A stretch of DNA of 64,000 bases from Leucoraja ocellata (lineage: Eukaryota), in assembly GCA_036785375.1 (NCBI GenBank), contig JAWMAR010000079.1, positions 2,666,001-2,730,000 of the forward strand, written 5' to 3'. The notes under the pieces were generated by a model, which saw nothing but the letters and a program-made list of their open reading frames with translations, did no database searches and was not told where the DNA came from. Within the stretch, counting starts at the first letter, position 1. Every line of letters begins with the position of its first letter. Made by a program: the position numbers and the translations under genes. Shown one piece after another: positions 1 to 12,460 of this stretch.

Positions 1-19
1 GGCCTCCACTGATTACAGT

Positions 20-740
20 TATATCAATAACTTGAGGGGCTCAAATGAAAAGTATCTGTTTGCTAAATCACTCAGATTGGTGGGAAGGTCAGCTGTGAGG
101 AAGATATAAAAATGTGGTAGAGAGACAGACAGATTTTATAAAGACGCAGGAACATAGCAGATGGAGTAGAATGTGGAGACGTGGTTATCCAACTTGCTAG
201 GAAAGATAGAAATAGATGTGAGTATTGAGGGATATGTACACAAATCTCAGAAATGACTCGCATTGAAGGGAGAGGAAGTGAGTGGTTGTAGGGGATAAAC
301 ACACTGGCGGCCAATGATCAAAACCACCTCAGGCCCATGTGAGCTTCCCTGCAAACAAAACCCATGACTGATATGATGAGTTTGATCTCTCCACTCAATT
401 TTCTATCTGGAATAGTAACTGCAAGCTTGTGGATAGGATATTAATATATCACACTGGAATCTTGTGTGGACTTTTGTGTTCCCATCCAAAAAAGGATATA
501 TTTGTTTTCTAAATGGTACAACAAAGGTTCATTTGGCGTTTGTCACAGTGGAGAATGGTAGGGTGGGCGAAGGGAGAGTGGGTGGAAGGAATTTTACTGT
601 ATTGAGCGTGAGTAGATTGGGCTCATGTTCTTTAGATGTAGAAGAATGAGAGGTGATTTCTCGCAACATATAAAATTAAAATGCTTCACAAGGGAGATGC
701 CTGGAGTATATTCCCTCTACCTAAAGTGCCAAATATTTGC
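20..740 (+). mobile_element. Highly decayed CR1-type LINE fragments
   Basis: Degenerate similarity to the CR1 copy at 25.9-26.8 kb (tttgctaaatcactcagattggtggg..., ctggaatcttgtgtggacttttg). Confidence 0.5.
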
Positions 741-1103
741 AGTTATTCGTAGAAAAAAGAAATAGGATGCGGTAATATCCGTGAACTCAAAGGGTGACAA
801 AAGTGTGAAAGGCAAGTCAACTCAGGATTGGAGGTTGGAAGATTCTTAAAAATAAAGGAGTTTAAGGATCTGGAAATTATATGAAAAGGTGGATTTGAGG
901 TTTTAATTGTGAATGTTAGTTTCTATTTCTTCCATTATACAGAATTTTAAAAAAAACTAAGGATCTGTTAACACATCTACTGTGATGTTTTTCTGCCAGA
1001 GAAGTTATTTTCATTTTTTGCACCTGGCCTTGAGCAGCATAAAACTCCTTATTCTGCCTCAAAATTGCTTCAGTATAGCATATTATAACTTTGTTCTAGA
1101 CTA

Positions 1104-1200
1104 GGGCGGCATGGTGGCACAGCAGTAGAGTCACTCCCTTATAGCGCCAGAGAACCCTGGTTCGATCCCGACTATGGGTGTGTCTGTACGGAGTTTGTGC
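1104..1200 (+). mobile_element. tRNA-derived SINE head (HE1-like), 3'-truncated
   Basis: A-box (tggcacagcagtag) and B-box (ggttcgatccc), followed by gtgtctgtacggagtttgt as in the other copies. Confidence 0.8.
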
Positions 1201-1373
1201 ATAAAATTGAAACACACTAGTTTTACTGAGAAAACATTCATCAAACTGAATCAGACAGTGATTTCATCTGCTAAATAGGACTGAATTTGAACCTGGATTC
1301 GGAGTGAAAGGTCCACAACTTCAGGGGCTAGTCCTATACCTAACTAATCCTATACCCAACTAGTTCTATACCT

Positions 1374-1470
1374 AGTCTGAAGAAGGGTTTTGGCCTGAAA
1401 CATCGCCTATTTCCTTCGCTCCATAGATGCTGCTGCACCCGCTGAGTTTCTCCAGCAATTTTGTGTACCT
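1374..1470 (+). mobile_element. Solo Penelope-type terminal unit with hammerhead-like core
   Basis: Near-identical to 59337-59428. CTGAAGA at 1377, GAAA at 1397. Confidence 0.8.
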
Positions 1471-3479
1471 TTAGTCCTATACCTAACCATTTCAGGACTA
1501 GTCCTATACCTAACTAATTGCTAGTACTTTTCCTTCAACTAAAATTCCACAATATTTTTATGAAATAAGTTTCTTTCTTTTCTACATAAGGACAAATATG
1601 GTCCATTGGCTCTCGCCTTCTTACAGAAAATAGTAAATTAAACTATTTGTAAATATCCTGAAAATGCCATTAGTATAATGAGGATTAAAGTGTTTCTGCA
1701 GTTCAATCTTGCGATGTATTCCAAAGCCAGTATGCTTCATAGCCCCTCCTCTTTTCCTGAAGGCACTCATTCACTCATTGCTGTTCCACAGGGACTGGAT
1801 GCTATCAACTACTTTGCCCAAGGTTTTGTGACCACAAATGATCTTGGACTGTTGAACCATGGGAAGCATCGCAGCGAATTCATTCACTATCCATACTTTC
1901 AGGATTGATTATTTTGACGGGCAAATGTGCAGAACTCATCCGGTTTTCCTCTTTGTCACAGAAAGGTTAAGAAAAGCTGCATGCACCTTTGAGATTACCG
2001 GCCAGATCAGCCAACTGCTCTGGAAAATCTTTTTTTGGTCACTCAACTCATAACCAGCAGAGCCACATTCCAAAGACTTTGATCCTTAAAACCCAATAAA
2101 AGCATCTTTGGAAATAAGAAAGATCCATGTGATTATAGGCAAACATTATTGTTTTATTATCTTGGCGCATATTTTAATTGTGAATTCTGGAAAGTAGTAT
2201 TTTTGCATTTAGATCTCGGTGAATGTGTTTTCCAATGAACACAGGACTTGTATTTATTACATGCACAGCATTCAATGCGAGCGAAGGCCAGGAGATAAAG
2301 TATTGCGAATATGAACCAAAAGCAGCTATTTAGTAATGAATTTGTGTTTTGTTTCTGGCACCAAGCACTTAAGTTGAAAAATGGCATCACTGCGGCCAAC
2401 AGTGGTAGCATGCAGTATTTATTCAGGATGTTATCAATTATAATTTATTTCTCCGTAGGAAAGGAGGAACTGCTACTAAAATATTACTTGGAAATTAGTC
2501 CCGTTTTAACAGATGGTCTTGTTTCTTTGACCTCTTAATATCCTTATAATGATGTCATTTACCATTCCATGCTCACCGAAGTCAGCCACCACTGGGTCTG
2601 TTATGGAAGGCCGGGCTGGGAGAATGTGATTGCTCAAAGCAGCATGTTTACTGGTTACGTTTTTGTAAATATGCCCAGCAGGAATTACTCTAGTGCATGT
2701 ACAGTTTCTGCTCAGTCGAAAGTACGACAGAAAATGGCCCTCTTGTGGATTGGGCAGTGATAGGAATGTTACAAATTAGAGAGATCCATTGTCCTGTATG
2801 TGAGTTAACTTCAAATCAGCTGGTCAAACTGTCTGTGAATTCTAGAGAACACAGCACAGGGAGAACGATCATTCAGAATGGGCAAAGTGACCGGACTTCT
2901 CACCCTTACCAAATACCATCTATTTATTTCCTTTCTCATTGCTCCTTTCCTGACAATGAATGTCTCGAGGCAAGTCCGTCATGTTGAAAATCACCTCATG
3001 TCCTTGCCCAATGTTACATGTCCACACATGCATTGGTCGATTAAGAGAAATCAGTGCGGTTTTCCCTCACACAAGACAGGGACATTGTGACTAATTGTAG
3101 CATTTGTAGCACAGATGATGTGAGGATTCTTAGTACAAGTTATCTCACTGGTACCTATACTGTATGATCATAATGACATGTGCCCTTCTACCTTTCAAGA
3201 GGTTGATGGCTAGTATTTTGGAACTATTCTATAGATACTTGTTGTCTTTAGTGCATCATTCTGAGAGCTGTCATTATTTGCACCCAAGATTATCCAGCCA
3301 CAGAAAGTTTTCAGCATTACATTCCACAATGAAACCGAGGAAACTGAAGAGAGAGGGGAGAGGTGGGCACAGGGGGTTGGCAGGGACAGAATATTCAATC
3401 AATTCATAATTGATAATTGATAATTGATGAGGCCCATGACAAGAATAGGCTGGAGTGATTAGCAAAGGTTGGAAAAAAA

Positions 3480-3930
3480 ATGAAGTCTGTGGAAGCAGCA
3501 TTCCCACTTAATAATGGGGAAAAATGTGGTCATCGGGTGATTGGTGATCTTGGGGCTGCTGTACTTGGCGCAGGTGTGGCCTGTCCCTCACTCCTGTGCC
3601 TCGGTGATCATCCAGGTTGTCTTCCCGTTCATCTGGGGTTCAAAGATGGACCAGGTTATACAGGTCACAATGCCAGGGACAGGTAAAACTGTAGAAGGTC
3701 GCGACCCAAGTACTTTGGTTTTACACACAGCCTGATGCAGCCACACATGAGGGTGGCCGTCAGGATGAGGGTGTTGGGTACACCTTGTACTTTCCAGTAG
3801 GTAGTTCTGGTAGTAATCTGATAGGTGGATCACTCATTTGGGCTGGCTTTGTTGGATCTAGTTGCTGCTTTGGCAGAGACCAGTTAATTCAATATTGGGA
3901 TCATCTGGCCTATACTTCACTATTTTGAGA
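3480..3930 (+). mobile_element. Tx1/L1-clade LINE ORF2 fragment
   Basis: LLYLAQVWPVP...VFPFIWGSKMDQV resembles the post-RT region of Tx1-type ORF2. Frame-broken. Confidence 0.65.
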
Positions 3931-4365
3931 CTGTCTACAGTTTAAGGGAGAAGTGCAAGGCTCATTTTTTTACACAGAGAGTGTAAGTGCCTGGAACATA
4001 CTGCCAGATTTGGTGGCAGGAGACAATGGATAGCACATTTAAGAGCCATTTATATAGTCATAAAAACAGGCAGGAAATAGATGGGATATCGACCATGTGC
4101 AGGTAGATGGTAGTTAGACTGGCATCATGTTGGTTATACCTGGTGGGGCAAAGGGCTTGTGCTTACGTTCAATGTTCTATGCTCTGAGGCACAGTATCAT
4201 ATTTTAACTCAAAACCATTTATACTTATTACACTTGCAACTGACGGAGTATGATTGTTCGCTTGGCATCAGCTCTGGTTCATTCCTCTGAATCAGACTGT
4301 TGTGAGTTCATATTCATCTTGTGATATTAGAGCACCAAATCCAGATGTTTTCTTTAACATAATCT

Positions 4366-4670
4366 TTGGGGCAGCTGATAGACCCACTGCCTCACAGTAC
4401 TAGACCTCGGGTGCTGTCTGTGTGGAATTTGTACATTCTGCCCGTGACTCCATGGGTTTCCTCCGGGTGCTCTGGTTTCCTCCCTCATCACAAAGACGTG
4501 CAGGTTTCTTGGTTAAAAGGCTTCTGTAAATTGGACTTGGTGTTTAGTGAATGCATCAAAAGTGGGATAACATAGTACAAGTGTGAACGGATGTTTGGTG
4601 GTCAGTGTGGACTCGGTCAACTGAAAGGCCTGTTTTATTGCTGTATCTTTCAATCAATTCAATCAATCAT
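4366..4670 (+). mobile_element. HE1-like SINE, inserted in an older Deu-domain-like SINE
   Basis: Body gggtttcctccgggtgctctggtttcctccctcatcacaaagac, CR1-like 3' end and (TCAA)n tail. Confidence 0.75.
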
Positions 4671-4892
4671 TCAATGCTCCATTGACATGCAGAGGAAATA
4701 TAACTGTCAGAGATGCTTTCACATGGATAGAGGTGTTTCTTCACAGCTCAATGAATGCAGATGAGTAGACATGTTTCCTGAATAAAAACAGTGAATGCTC
4801 TTCATAGGTATTTCATTAGTTGTGTAGTGCTGTGTGGCATTAGGTTGTGGAAGGTACTTGATAAATGTCGATCTTTCATATTTTTCTTCCAG

Positions 4893-5075
4893 GTCTGGGC
4901 TACAGACTTAGACCTGGCCTACAGTAACCAGCTGGCCATGACACAACTGATGCTCTTCATTTCTCATGGGAATCTGGCCTGTGAAGCCAACACCTTTGAA
5001 GTGCCTCCAAAGCTAAAGGAGAAAAAAAGGAGACTTCGCAGGCACGAAGTGGCAAAAGAGGTGCAAACGCAAACT
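4893..5075 (+). CDS. IQCH: IQ motif-containing protein H, internal coding exon (VWATDLDLAYSNQLAMTQLMLFISHGNL...EVQTQT)
   Basis: ttttcttccAG acceptor, GTaagt donor, 183 nt, phase 0/0. The peptide resembles the recalled human IQCH segment [28 protein letters not shown]. Earlier exons were not found in the window. Confidence 0.9.
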
Positions 5076-5359
5076 GTAAGTGTGCACATTTTACACCAAG
5101 CAATCAAATTAGAAATTTGAAGCACCTCAACCATAAAATAATTTCATAACTGTTCCTCTCATTACAATCAGAAATTAATTAGAAGTCATTACAGAGCACT
5201 TACATACTTTTGGATGTCAGCGGGGTTAAAAACAGAATATAGTAATTAATTAATGCTTGCGTGAGAAACCACTGCATTGGATACCTTATCTGGAACAAAA
5301 TTGCCTGAAAGCATTCAGAATTAATACTGAAAAAGCCACGCACCCTAACTGTGGAAAAA

Positions 5360-5411
5360 AAACATGCAATATCTATAAAGCTAAACATGCAATATCTATA
5401 AAGCTAAACAT
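5360..5411. repeat. 23-bp perfect tandem duplication (AAACATGCAATATCTATAAAGCT)x2.3
   Basis: Directly visible. Confidence 0.9.
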
Positions 5412-7229
5412 TCATTATATTTGCAATACATTACCATCCACATAAATGCAGCTAAATAATCAACACATAAATAATTCATGATGCAATTCATTATGCATGC
5501 GTATGCATACATCATTGTTATAATGAGCACCTCATCAACTGCCAAATGTTAAACAATAGTACTCCATTATTGCAATGATATTCAAGTTTACGGTTGTTAA
5601 ACTGCTGCTTGTATTATTCTGTCAAACATTAATTTAGTTGCAGTCCCATAGTACACACAACAGATTTTGTAAGTTTCTCCTTTTACAGTTAATGATATGA
5701 TCAATGAGTGTTATTAAATCTATGAATATTATAAACATGATTAATTTTCAATGAGATGTTTAACACCAAGTAGGAGAAGCACGTTTTCCTAGCTTCCACA
5801 CTGCCATCTCGATATTAGACTGCTGGCCACTCCGAGCAAGTATATTCAAACAGTAAAGCAACCTTTAATTACAAAAGATGTTTTGACTTTAATTGCTTTG
5901 GTTCTTCACATCTTGATCGTCACAGTGAGGTGGGTCAGTAACAGAATGACATCAAGTTCCATTTCCTTTCTTTACCCTCTATTTTTCTCTCCCACTTTCT
6001 GAAATTGCTGACTTCTCTCGGTCTCAGGCATGAGGCTGGATTGGCAATAACCTGAGCAGGTTGCAGCATTCTGTTTGTACAAGCACAGAAATACAGTAAT
6101 GACTGCAGACATGTTATTGTGCAGCCTATATCTGTGCTTAGTATACAGAACCTCCCCGGGTAAGAATTCACTGGCTAACACTCTGGCTGGCTTTACCCGT
6201 CCCTGCCCATGAATACCAAGGCCAATCTTACTGCCCATTCTGTGGCCCTGGCTAAGGACAAACTAATTCACGATGGGATGGAGAAGGTTCACGGCATAAA
6301 CATACCAGATATTCCCCGGTTACTCTTCATAAGTAGACGTGATTTATAATTCCATCAAATTTAACAAAAGATCCTGAAACACCATTGGCAATTTGTTATT
6401 TCTTACACCAAATCTCCTCTATGTACAGCCTGGTCCTAAATAATTCACCCCCAACTCTCTTTATATGTATTATGTTGCCACAATTTTGAAAATATCATGA
6501 TTTTATGTTTTTTTTCTCATTATCATTTGTTTTAAATAACTTTTATTACACTTCCCCTTGAATTACTTCTGCATATCATACCAGCACAATCCATAATTAA
6601 CTTTAAAAAGAAATTTAATATCAAATTTTGAATGTGAAAATAATGGTGTATCCATTTTCTCCCCATGACATCAGCCAGGAGGAACATCTCACAGGTGTGT
6701 CATACATTCCCTGTCATTTCCCTTGATGTTCAATTATTAATTTTTATTATTATTAAATTTTTGGAGATATGAATTATAAGTTGGTTCTTCAAAAAAGAGC
6801 AATTCAGATGCAGCATAACTGAAAGAAAATTTAAATATTCACCAATGAGCCAGAAATTCTGGGGAGATTGAACTCTTGTGAGGCTACAAAATAGATTAAC
6901 AGTACTTAGGCACAGGAAGCAAGGGAAAGAACAGATACTGTCATTTGGTTCACCTGCCACTTGTATGATGGGATCTTCCAGCACATATTTCTACAACGGA
7001 ATTGGACAAACAATACAAATCCTATACCCAAGTACGATTCAGAAGTTAGGTTAGTTTATTTAACTAGAACAGCCTTATGCCTTTGAGGTTCCCTCTCCCG
7101 ACTGACTTGCCATGGGGGACAGTATCTTGGGATCAGTTTCCAGAAGATGGGTACCAGTAGGTATGTCCTCACAGCTCCGCATTAAAGAACCAATCATGGT
7201 CATTCACGCTCCTTGCCCTGACCCTGGAC

Positions 7230-7935
7230 ATCAGTGAGACTAAATGCAGACTCCATGTGCGCTGTGCCAAGCACTTGCACTCTGTCCACAATGGACATTA
7301 CGAGTTTGTGGTTGCAACACATTATAAATCTTCTTCCCAATCCTGCATCAAACAATCCATCCTTAGCCTCCTCCATTGCCAGGGTGTTGCCAAACACAGA
7401 TTAGAGAACGAGCAGTTTATAACCTGATGGCGTGAACATTGAATTCTCCAGTTTCAAGTAATCCACCTCCTTTGCCCCTTTCTCTGGCCTTCTAATCTAC
7501 CCAAGTTCTCTCATATAAACTGATTATCAACCCCACCTGCCAACCCCTATTAAGCAGTTTATTATTCTTCCCCCGCCCACTTGTTCATCATCTAAATACT
7601 TCACCTGCCCTTATTTGGTTGCATGTTTCACGTTTCTTTCCTGTCAGATTCCGCCATCTGCAGCCCTTTTGTTATCTCCACCTATCTTCTCCGTGCCTCT
7701 GTCACCATCTCCAACGTTTCCTCTCCCACTTGACCTGACTCCATGTACCAATCAGCCCTTCCTCACCTAGATCCATCTATCACTTGCCAGCATGCCTCCC
7801 CCTCTTTATATTCTGGCTACAGTATTTCCCCTCCACCCTTTCAATGCTGATGAGGTGTCCCAGCCCAAAACGTTGTCTGTCCATTTCCATCCATGCTTGA
7901 CACGCTGAGTTCCTCCAGCAAATGGGTTGTCGCCC
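7230..7935 (+). mobile_element. Old Penelope-like element 3' fragment
   Basis: Degenerate GIY-YIG coding remnants, then gtgaacattgaattctccagtttcaagtaa and a terminal CTGATGA...AAAACGTT...gctgagttcctccagca. Confidence 0.6.
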
Positions 7936-8136
7936 TAGTCTTCCATGAGTTTTACTGAGCTTTGTTTTTAATAAATGTATTAAAAAGGCTTGTGTCATAC
8001 TTTAATGAAATCATATCAACCAAAATATTTGATCGGCAGATGCACTTATCTGAGTTCCTCATTTAAGCTTAATAGGCCACAGTAGGGTTTCATGATAATA
8101 TATACATATCTGTACTAGATATTATTTGCCTTTCAG

Positions 8137-8262
8137 CAACTTCCTTTCGTGAAACGTTACGGAGTGTTAAGCACACAGTTGAAACATGGCAATTTATCCA
8201 TGGTCCACTACAGTGTACTCTTCAAGATTTTTAAAGCTCACGGGATTGGTTTTGATATTAAG
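8137..8262 (+). CDS. IQCH: IQCH coding exon (QLPFVKRYGVLSTQLKHGNLSMVHYSVLFKIFKAHGIGFDIK)
   Basis: gcctttcAG acceptor, GTattg donor, 126 nt, phase 0/0. Resembles recalled RYAVMTTQLRHSNLS...AHGIGYD of IQCH. Confidence 0.9.
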
Positions 8263-8499
8263 GTATTGAAGTTTTTCTTGTCTCACAAGGTTTGCCACGG
8301 TAGTAAGCACTATAGGTGGTCTTCTCTGACATCATTATAACCATGGTTTTATTCTATTAAACAAATCAGTTCGTCGCAAGGTTTTTTTCTAAATTATATA
8401 AACAGGTTTATATAGACTCAGAGAATATGTGTTATTATATACATTTGGAAATCCTATTTAGTCATGCCAATTTCTAAAAGCAGCAAATAGCTTACAACA

Positions 8500-8790
8500 T
8501 TGAACAGTATAGTACATGAACAGGCCCTTCGGCCCTCAATCTCTGTGCCAAACATGATGCCAAGTTAAATTAATCGGTCTTTACATGATTTATATGTCTC
8601 CATTCTCTGCATATCCATGCACCTATCTAAAAGCTTCTTAAATTTCACTATTTTATCTGTTCCACTACCACCAATGGCAGCATTTTATTGGCATTCACTA
8701 CTCTCTGTGTAAAAATAAAATGTTCTCGGCACATCTCCTTAAAACCTTTCCCTTCAGACCTTAAAACTATTCCTTCTAGTCTTTGACTTC
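8500..8790 (-). mobile_element. CR1 3' end fragment
   Basis: caggcccttcggccc tail motif and reverse CR1 ORF2 end. Confidence 0.7.
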
Positions 8791-10764
8791 TTTCTCCCCA
8801 AATTCCAAATGAAATTATCTTAAAACACCAATGTATATGCTTTTGTTGAAGGAATTTCCCTCCCTCTTGTACACAACAGCCTTAGATTCCAGGTGCCTGG
8901 GCATCTTCCAGTTCCTCACTAAAACACAGTCATTCTTGCCTGAGTTTGTGGGCACTGACTGCTGGCATTGTTTCTTACTGGAGAGGTGAAGTGTGATTAG
9001 TACCCACCAAACTCAGTCTTAATCTAAGCCACAGTTCATATCACGTGCATTGCCAATAACGAGGGCCAGATTATAGCTATGAGACACCTCTATAACCTGG
9101 GGCTGGAGGCAACAACTCTGCTGCCATTGCCCTGGCTCAGACCAGCCGAAGCTCGCATATTGAAGCAGAGATTATACTGTACTTTCCCATATGAATGATT
9201 TATTCATTGAATAAACTGTTGGAGGAGATCTCACAAATACAGCTTTTTTTAAATTATCATTAATACCCGTTTTAGTCAACTTGATTTATTTACAGTTTCG
9301 ATAAAACAATATCTTACAGGGTAGAGTTTCCGAACACTAACTTTGACTGCAGTAACAGGCCTTTTGGAAATCTTAATACACCACATCCGTTTGCTTCTTT
9401 TTATCTATCCCGATAGTTATTTTCTCAGATTTATAAAACAATATCCTTGTAATATAACCATGCCTGGTCCTCTTATGCCTTGTTTAAAATTCATTAATAA
9501 TGGATTACAGCATTTTCCCAATAACTGAAGTTATGTTAACTGGCTTGCAAGTCCCTCTTCCTCTCTTTTTTTTTTCTTAAATAATATTGTTCCATTTATT
9601 GTTTTCCGATCCAATGAAACCCCTGCAGAATATCAAAAATTTGAACGTTGACAACCACTTAATTCATACAGCGGCAACAACAACTTTTGGTACTATCAAA
9701 TTTGTTTCAGTCCAGGATATCTACAATTTTTGTTATATGTTTTGTTTTCCAATAATGAAGACAATTTGCAATATATTTGTTTAACTTCTATTCATTTCCT
9801 CTTTACATTCACATGGCGGTTCTTTCCTTTTTGTTTTCTATTTTTGTGCTACTTTACATACATTCCCTCTTTCTCAGTCTTATTTTAAAGCAATTAACAT
9901 GCTGTATCTTTTATAGGTTTTCCAAATCCTCACAAACCATAAGCCTGCTAATTACTTTAGTTAAATTTAAATGGATTACGATTCTCAGTGTTTCTGGATG
10001 AAATATATATATATTCATGGAGAATTAGGAAATATTTATTTAAAATATATGCCATTGCTTCTGTCTTATTTCTCAATTACTTTACCCAGCTCTTGACATT
10101 AGCCCTCTGTACCTATGTGATTGTCTTTATTTAACCTTAGGACTCTAATTTATTTTCTTTAAATGTGTCACTCTCGGACTGAATATGAAATACTATTTTA
10201 TTGCCATCACCTTTCCTCCGATGATCCATTATGAAGAAATTATTAATTAATCCTGCCTCACCAGATCTAGAAATGTATGTTCCCTGTTGGGGTACACAAT
10301 GCTTTTTGTTAAGTTACCTCTCTTTCTTGTCTACCTCACATGAACTTAACTTCAAGACTATTCATTTTATTGCCAAGGTGATTAAGTTCCCTATGATTAT
10401 TATATTAACTTTGTCACAACCGTCATTATTTATCTGTACAGAGGTTTCCCATTTCAATCACTAGAGCAAATAGTTGAGGCAGGTACAGTAAAAAATATTT
10501 ATACAGGTATATGGACAGGAAAGGTTTGGAGGGATTTATGGGCTCAGCATGGGGGAAATGGGACTAGCAGATGGGGCATCTTGACGTGGGCTGAAGGATA
10601 TATTAACTTTCCGTATGACACTGTAATTCTAATCTCCATTGGGGTTGCTGAGTTCAAGTGCAACTTACCAAGAGATGGATGGGAGTGAAGAAACCAAGCT
10701 TCATCACTCCATTTACCTTTTACCAGGTACCATTTACCTAACCTCGCACCCCATCAGCCATCGC

Positions 10765-12460
10765 ATAGACAGAGTTCCCCCTAGTCCTTATCTTTCAGCC
10801 TCATCAGCTGCTACATACAACACATAATCCTCTGAAATGTTGGCCACCTTCAACAGGATCCCAACACTAATCACATCTTCCCATCTCCACCCCTTTTCGC
10901 CTTCCGGTCGGTTGGGGCGCTGAGAGTCGGCTGCCCTGCCAGCAGCGTGTTCGTTATTTCTACTTTTTTGGGGGGTCTTTGTGCGTCTAAATGTTAGTTT
11001 AGGTGTCTCGTGGTGTGTCTTGTGTGGGGGGTGGTGGGGGGAAGGCAGGAGAACGTTTTCCATGTCGCCTCCCTCGTGGCCTAACAGCATGGATTGGAGC
11101 GGCCTTTCCCGAAGTCGCACCCCTAGTTTCAGCAGCGGGCGCTGCGTGGACTTTTCCATCACAGAGCGGGTGAATCCTTGCCGGGGGTCACCAGAGAGGA
11201 GTGCTCCGATCGCTGGCCTGGTGACTTTGGCATCATGGGGCTGTGGTCTGCGGAGCGTCTAGCCCCGGCCGTGGCGTGGACTTACCATCTGGAGCCTGGG
11301 ATCCCTTGCTGGAGATCGCCGGAGAAGAGCTCCTACCGCCGGCCTGCGGCCTATAACATCCTGAAGCCGCGGTCTCCAGTAGGCAAGTGCTGATTCGGGC
11401 ACTCCAAGCCGCGGAGTGTGTTTGACAGTCCCGAGAGAGGGCCTGTACATCGGGCCGTCCGTAGCGGCGACTATGGAGGGTTTATGGCGCCGACCACGGA
11501 TGAACAAAGGAGGAGGACTGACTGAACTTTGTTGCCTTCCACCACAGTGAAGAATACTCTGGTGGATGTTTGTGTTAAATTCTATTGTGTATTGTGTGTT
11601 CTTTTTAAGTGTATCGCTGCTGGCAAATTCATTTCACTGCACCTTTGGGTGCATGTGACGAACAAAATCGACTTTGACTTTGACAGAGACCGTTCCCTCT
11701 GCAACTCCCTGGTTAATTCATCCTTTCCCATCAAACCACCCCCTCCACAGGTACCTTCCCCTGCAACCGCAGAAGATGCAACACCTGTCCCTAAAGGTAT
11801 AGGGAGGGTTGTTGCATCCTCCCTCGATTCTGTCCAGGGACCCCGAAAATCCTTTCAGGTTAGGCAGAGATTCACTTGCACCTCCTCCAACCTCATCTAC
11901 TGTATCTGTTGTTCAAAATGTGGACTCTTAAACATCGGCGAGACCAAATGTAGACTGGGCGATTGTTTCGTTGAACACCTTCACTCAGCTTGCCTGAACC
12001 TACCTGATCTTCCGGTTGCCGGCCACTTTAATTCTCCTTCCCATTCCCACACAGACCTTTCTGTCCTAGGTCTCCTCCATTGTCAGAGCAAGGCTAAATG
12101 CAAATTGGAGGAACAGCATCTCATATTTTGCTTGGGCAGCTTACAGCCCAGTGGTATAAATATTGACTTCTAACTTCAAATAACGCTGGCATTCCCTCTC
12201 TCTATCCCTCCACCAACCTAGTTTCACCAACTTCTCGTTATCACCTAACAAACCACTAGCAATGGCCTGTTTCCTTTATCATCATTATTTATTTGCATAT
12301 CTTTCATTCATTGTTCTTTATCTCTCTACATCATCGCCTGCCTCTTGTTTCCCTTATCCCTAACTAGTCTGAAGAAGAGTCTCGACCCGAAACGTCACCC
12401 ATTGCTTCTTTCCAGAGATGCTGCCTGTCCCGCTGAATTAGTCCAGCTTTTTGTATCTAA
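10765..12460 (+). mobile_element. Penelope-like retroelement 3' half (GIY-YIG endonuclease plus terminal repeat), interrupted at 10906-11683
   Basis: FQVRQRFTCTSSNLIYCICCSKCGLLNIGETKCRLGDCFVEHL...VAGHFN...LEEQHLIFCLGSLQPSGIN is a PLE GIY-YIG domain. Hammerhead core at 12369-12396. Confidence 0.88.
10906..11683 (+). mobile_element. GC/CpG-rich non-autonomous retroposon with LINE-like 3' tail
   Basis: Splits the Penelope sequence cgccttcc|cagagaccgttccctc, which is contiguous at about 53845-53870. Ends in atttcactgcacc...gtgacgaacaaa plus (GACTTT)n. Confidence 0.75.

Noticed and set aside
1104-1175. tRNA gene
   Set aside because: A and B boxes belong to a SINE head; there is no complete cloverleaf and it continues into the SINE body.
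1903-1965. Possible IQCH exon (tttcAG...AG/GTtaag; IDYFDGQMCRTHPVFLFVTER)
   Set aside because: Splice-like ends, but no resemblance to the expected preceding IQCH peptide (...GYFSIDLVTFIDP...).
11529-12173. 214-aa ORF as a host gene
   Set aside because: It is a chimera of a retroposon tail and a mutated Penelope GIY-YIG fragment, with a non-ATG start.
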